DNA from: an uncultured delta proteobacterium
Lineage (GTDB): Bacteria > Desulfobacterota > Binatia > UBA9968
Assembly: GCA_963771465.1 (NCBI GenBank)
Contig: CAVYTU010000015.1
Coordinates: 448,001-512,000 of the forward strand
DNA length: 64,000 nt
Reading direction: 5' to 3'
Shown here piece by piece: positions 58,864 through 64,000 of this stretch; within the stretch, counting starts at the first letter, position 1, and each line of letters opens with the position of its first letter. Position numbers and translations under genes: made by a program. A model generated the notes under the pieces. The model had not been told where the DNA came from, did no database searches, and saw only the letters and a list, made by a program, of their open reading frames with translations.

Positions 58864-61726
58864 GTTCGACACTTGACGCACTCGACCGTACCTCGCTAAG
58901 AATCGGTTCATCCGTCATGCCGATATTGGAGAGCAGCGCGACGGGAAAATCTTTGCACACCGTTTGTACCGGCAGAAACTTCTTATCGCCAATGAGCAAG
59001 GCGTCCACCGCGCCGCCGGTAATCGTATTGACCCAGCGGGACGGCGCCTCTTTCGGCAGGTAAACCGCCGTGGAGCGCCAGAAATCGGCGTCCAGCGGAG
59101 CGGCGCCGTTAAAAACCGCGGCGCCGATCAAGCGCGGCGCCAGGGCCACCGCCCAAGCTGCTCCCGAGCGCCGCGCGAAAGCGCAAACTCGATCGCTCAA
59201 CTCACCGGAACTTTCCAGCGGCACATAGTCGCCTTCGACCAGGACCTCGGAGTGCAGACGGCGAACATTGGCCAATTTGTAAGTCAGATAAAATTTAATC
59301 CGCCCGTCCTGCCAGTGTTGCAGCAGCTCGCGCAGCAACGCCGGGCGGTCTTCTGCCTCCGCACTCTTGAGAGCCTCGAGCACCTCCAACCGCTTGGCGA
59401 AATTCACCGGCCGGCGGTTGTCCGGATCGACCAAGCTCAAATCCCACAGCTCGGTTCCTTGATAGCAATCCGCCACCCCAGGGACCGCAAATTTTAGCAG
59501 AGTCTGGCCGAGGGAATTGTACATGCCGCAGTGAGCGATCTTTTGCGCGAAGGGTACGAACTCGGAGAGGAAGCGGTTTTCCTGCGCCGGCGCGAGCAAT
59601 GCCGCGGCGAACTGGGTAAAAGCTTCTTCGTAGGCGAGGTCGGGCTTCAGCCACTCGGTATGCACTTTGGCTTCGCGCACCGCTTTGACGAGATACTCAC
59701 CCAAGCGGTTCAAAAGATCGCCGTCCGTTTCACCCACAGGATAGCAACCGATCAGAGTTTGATAGAGAAAGTATTCGTCGTTGCGGTCCGGCGCCTCCTG
59801 GCCCTTGATCTTGATCTTCCACGCGCGGTTCATTTTACTCCAAGACTTGAGACATTCGTCCCACTCCTCCGCCAGCTCGGAGAGCACGCAGATTCTCGCC
59901 CGCGCGTCCTCACCCCGTTTGGTGTCGTGGGTTGCAGTGGTGTTCATCGCGTGGGGCCAGCGTTTTTTACGCCGCTGGATGAAGGCGTGAAACTCATCGA
60001 CATCGACACCAAATCGATCCGGATCGCCGCCCACGTCGTTCAACGCTAAGAGCCGGTTGTAAACGTACAAGGTCGTGTCTTCAAAACCTTTCGCCATCAG
60101 CGGCGCGGTGAGCTGCTGGAAGCGCATTACGAAATGGGTCCAGTGCGCCTTTTCGTCCGCGCTCAAATGGGTGGCGAACTCAAGCTGCAAAAAGCGTTCG
60201 ATAAACTTAAGCTCGAGCAGCAAGCCGGCGTTGGCATCCTTGGCCCGCGCGATGGCGGTGGCGAGCTCACGGCGGTCCTGCGCAGTGAAACTTTCCGCGC
60301 TGACGTAACTACGATAGACCGGGAAAAACGTCAGCACTTCCACCAACGCACGTTTGAGGCCGTAGAGCGTAATGTCGGCGGCGTGACGATTTCGGCTCGA
60401 GACGCTTTTGAGCAGATTAGCCAGGTTCTCGATATCACCAGCCATATACTTGCCGATAATCAATCGCTTCTTTTCGATCATCAGCGCCGAACAGGGCGAG
60501 TCCATTTCGGCGAAGCGGCTGTAGATTTGGTTGAATTTGCGCCGATGGCGGCGCGCGCAAAAAATTCCGCCGACGAAGTTGAGAAAATCGTAGCCGGTGG
60601 TGCCCTTCGACCGGCCATGGCCCCGGCAATTCTTCCTCGAAAGCCAAAATCTTCTCGACGGCCAGGTACACATCGCCGGCCTCGCGCCGCAGTCGCTGGA
60701 GATAGCCGAGCGGATCGTAGAGTCCGTCGACGTGATCGATTCTTAGGCCGGTGAACTTGCCCTCGCGCGCCAGCTTGACGGCAAGCGCGTGGGTGTGGCG
60801 AAAAACTTTTTCCGTCTTCGACGCGGAGAGAAATTAGCTCGTTGATGTTGAAAAATCTCCGGTAGTCGAGCTCTTCGGCGGCAACTTTCCAAAACGACAA
60901 GCGATACCACTGCTGGGCCAACAAGTGGTCGAGCAAATTGAAGGATTCAGGCTTGCCGGGTGTGCCATTGAAGCGATGGACGTTAGTTTCGATAAATTCT
61001 TGAATTTCCCGGTTCGCGCTGTAGAGCTCCCAGAGCATTCGTTTGATGAAAACGAGTTGATCAGCTCCGTTCGCCGCTCTCCTCTTTCGGCACGATATTC
61101 TTGAGCGCGTAAAGCACGCCGAGGAGTTTAATGAAATCGAAGTCGCCGGTGCCGAGCCGTCTGCGGAGTTGCGCCAGATTGTGGGTCAACACCTCGGCGT
61201 AGGATTCGATGCTCAACGGTAATTTCATCGCATAGTAGCGGACGCTGAGACCGGCCTGATCGTAGCCCAGCGTGATCTCGCCCTTTTCCAAACAATCGCC
61301 GTAGAACTCGCCGAGAAACGGCGCGAGAATTTTCGCGCGCATGTTTTCGTAGGGATGGTTCCAATCGATGTCGAAATATTCGGCGAACTCCGACGCTTCG
61401 CCGTTTTCGAGAACGTCCATAAGCATGCGGTTTTGGCCGTCGTAGGCCATGTGATTGGGGACAATATCCTGCACCCAACCCAAATCGTGACGCCGCGCAC
61501 GATCGATCAGCGAGAGGAATTCTTGCTCGCTGCCAAGCTCCGGGTTGACCCGGTTGGGATCGACGATGTCGTAGCCATGCATGCTGCCCGCGCGCGCGTG
61601 AAAGATCGGCGACGCGTAAATATCGCTGATACCGAGTTCGCGCAAATACGCGATCACCGCGTCCGCGTCGGCAAAGCGGAACTGCGGGGTGAACTGCAGC
61701 CGATAGGTCGTCGCCGGAATTTTCAC
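58853..61726 (-). CDS. treY: Malto-oligosyltrehalose synthase (several frameshifts)
   Basis: TYRLQF, GSMHGYD, DIVPNHM, YRRFFNINEL, RIDHVDGL, GTTGYDF, THDTKRGED, SLVDPDNRRPV. Confidence 0.93.
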
Positions 61727-63932
61727 GACAATGCCCTATGAGCAGTGGCGCCGCGCCGCGCGCGCCGCGATACCGGAAGGCCTTCGCCATTATCTTCCTC
61801 GACTTCAACATGCTTGGGCAAGCGCAATATCGCCAGCGACCGAGGGTTAAGCTCGTAGGCTTCGCCGCCGCGCATGGATCGCGGCTTGTTATCGATACTG
61901 CTCGGATCGTAAGTATCGAGCGCCACTTCCCAACGCACTTTCCGCCGGTGCGCCGGCAAGATGAAGGGGATGGTTTCGTGATACGAATTCAATAAAATCA
62001 GTAAAGTATCGTCCACGATCGGGTTACCGCGCTCGTCCACCTCTTCCATTCCATCGCCGGCGAGACGCAGGCCGAAGCAGCGGTTCTCCGAGTTATTCCA
62101 ATCCTCGTCGGTCATCTCCTTGCCGTCGGGACGAAACCAAACGACATCTTTGACCTCCGATCCACGGATCCGCCGTCCTTGAAAAAAATGCCGGCGGCGC
62201 AATGCCGGATGCGCCCGGACCAGCCGAATAAGATGGCGGGTAAACTCGCGCAGCTCGCGCCGCGGCCGGTCGAGTTTCCAATCGATCCAGGAAATCTCGT
62301 TGTCCTGACAATAAGCGTTGTTGTTACCCCGTTGAGTGTGGCCGATTTCATCGCCAGCCAGCAACATGGGCACGCCCTGCGACAACAGCAGTGTCGCCAA
62401 AAAATTTCTTTTTTGCCGCTCGCGCAGGGCTAATCACCTCGGGGTCGTCCGTGTCCCCTTCGGTGCCGCAGTTCCAGCTAAGATTCTCGTTGTGGCCGTC
62501 GCGGTTCTCTTCCCCGTTGGCTTCGTTGTGCTTCTCGTTGTAGCTGACCAGATCGTGCAGGGTAAAGCCGTCGTGCGCCGTGATAAAATTGATGCTCGCA
62601 TAGGGCAGCCGGCCATTGTGCGCGTACAGATCGCTCGAACCGGTCAAGCGAAAACCGAGGGCGCCGACTTGCCCGGGGTCGCCTTTCCAGAAGCTTCGCA
62701 CGGTGTCCCGGTAGGCCGCATTCCACTCGGCCCACAGGATGGGAAAGTTGCCGACCTGATAACCGCCCGGCCCGAGATCCCAGGGCTCGGCGATCAGTTT
62801 GACTTGAGAGATGATCGGATCCTGATGGATGATATCGAAAAACGCACCGAGCCGGTCAACGTCAAGAAGCTCGCGCGCCAGAGCGGCGGCAAGATCGAAG
62901 CGAAAACCGTCGACGTGCATCTCCGTGATCCAATAGCGCAAGCTGTCCATGATCAGTTGGAGCACTCGCGGATGGGTCATATCGAGGGTGTTGCCGCAGC
63001 CGGTATAGTCCATGTAGTAGCGCCGGTCATCCTCCACCAGACGGTAATAGGAAGCGTTGTCGAGGCCGCGGAAAGATAGCGTCGGACCGAGATGATTACC
63101 CTCGCCGGTGTGATTGTAGACCACGTCCAAGATGACTTCGATACCCTCACGGTGCAGCGCGCGCACCATGCTTTTAAATTCGGCCACCTGCTCGCCCGAC
63201 GTGCCGCAGCACGCGTAGCGCGCCACCGGGGGCAAAGAAACCGATCGAGTTATAGCCCCAATAATTGCTCAGACCGCGGTCCTCCAAATGCTTGTCGATG
63301 AGAAACTGGTGCACCGGCATCAATTCCACCGCGGTGATGCCCAATGCTTTGAGATAGTCGATCACCGGCGGACACGTCAGCGCGGCGTATGTGCCGCGCA
63401 ATTCCGGCGGCACCGCCGGATGACGTATGGTGAAACCTTTTACATGCAATTCGTAAATAATCGTCTTATGCAAGGGCGTATTCGGCGGCGCGTCGTTGCC
63501 CCAACTGAATGCCGGGTCAATGACCACGGACTTGGCCGCGCCGGCGGCACTATCTTGATCGTTGCGCGAAAGATCCTCATCGGGGTGGCCGATCGTGTAA
63601 CCGAAAAACGCGTCGCTCCACTGAAACTCGCCAGCCACCGCTTTGGCGTAGGGGTCCAAAAGGAGTTTCGCCGGATTGAATCGATGGCCGTTTTGCGGCT
63701 CGTAAGGTCCGTGCACGCGATAACCGTATAACTGTCCCGGCCGCGCTTCCGGCAGATAGACATGCCAAACTTGATGCGTCTGTTCGCTCATCGGGAGACG
63801 CATTTCATTGTCTGCGCCATCGAACAAACAAAGCTCGACCTTGATGGCATTTTCAGAGAACAGCGAAAAATTCACACCGGCGCCGTCCCAGGTCGCACCA
63901 AGGGGATAGGGTTTGCCAGGCCAGACTTTCAT
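61723..63932 (-). CDS. glgX: Glycogen debranching enzyme (frameshifts near 63230 and 62430)
   Basis: [61 protein letters not shown]. Confidence 0.95.
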
Positions 63933-64000
63933 GGTGCTTGTTCTTGCTTGCAGCTCAGGCAACTTTTTCGCGAACGAATTGAGCAAACGACCACGGCACC

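Noticed and set aside
57832-58899. Long antisense or alternate-frame ORFs (e.g. 57832-58899, 45341-46249, 37422-38297, 35702-36502)
   Set aside because: Shadows of real genes on the opposite strand in GC-rich DNA, with no recognisable motifs

Overview
GC-rich bacterial chromosome segment. Gene order (ispE-spoVG-tRNA-Gln-prs-rplY-pth-rpsF-rpsR-DUF2232-rplI) and the many NMT1/TAXI binding proteins suggest a deltaproteobacterial-grade organism such as Binatia (inference). About 20 single-base frameshifts in otherwise intact genes look like long-read assembly errors. Six blocks: (1) 1-20.5 kb, a sensor kinase, two moeA genes and a catabolic cluster with two divergent AOR-family (likely tungsten) oxidoreductases, a 4x[4Fe-4S] subunit, six permease-less binding-protein-fold genes and several orphan enzymes; (2) 20.5-31.2 kb, lsrF/Zn-dehydrogenase, the housekeeping/ribosomal operon, suhB and tRNA-Arg; (3) 31.2-39.6 kb, a collapsed flagellar locus (fliD'::'fliS deletion fusion behind a sigma28 promoter, flhF and FleQ-like scars) that keeps fliA, flhG, a fliT-like gene, a diguanylate cyclase and a hybrid kinase; (4) 39.7-44 kb, an operon of heme-oxygenase-like dimetal oxidase, gentisate-type dioxygenase, PBP-fold decarboxylase-like protein and UbiD; (5) 44.3-53.4 kb, an island of small general-stress proteins (CsbD, PRC-barrel, DUF1328, DUF3096, BON, lipoproteins) in which five transcription units carry a -24/-12 sigma54-type promoter, with an NtrC/GlrR-like activator and a diadenylate cyclase; (6) 53.5-64 kb, glgX-treY-glgE-treS/mak. 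Best candidates for undescribed biology are the sigma54-driven general-stress regulon, the divergent twin-AOR cluster, the flagellar relic and the HDO-UbiD operon.
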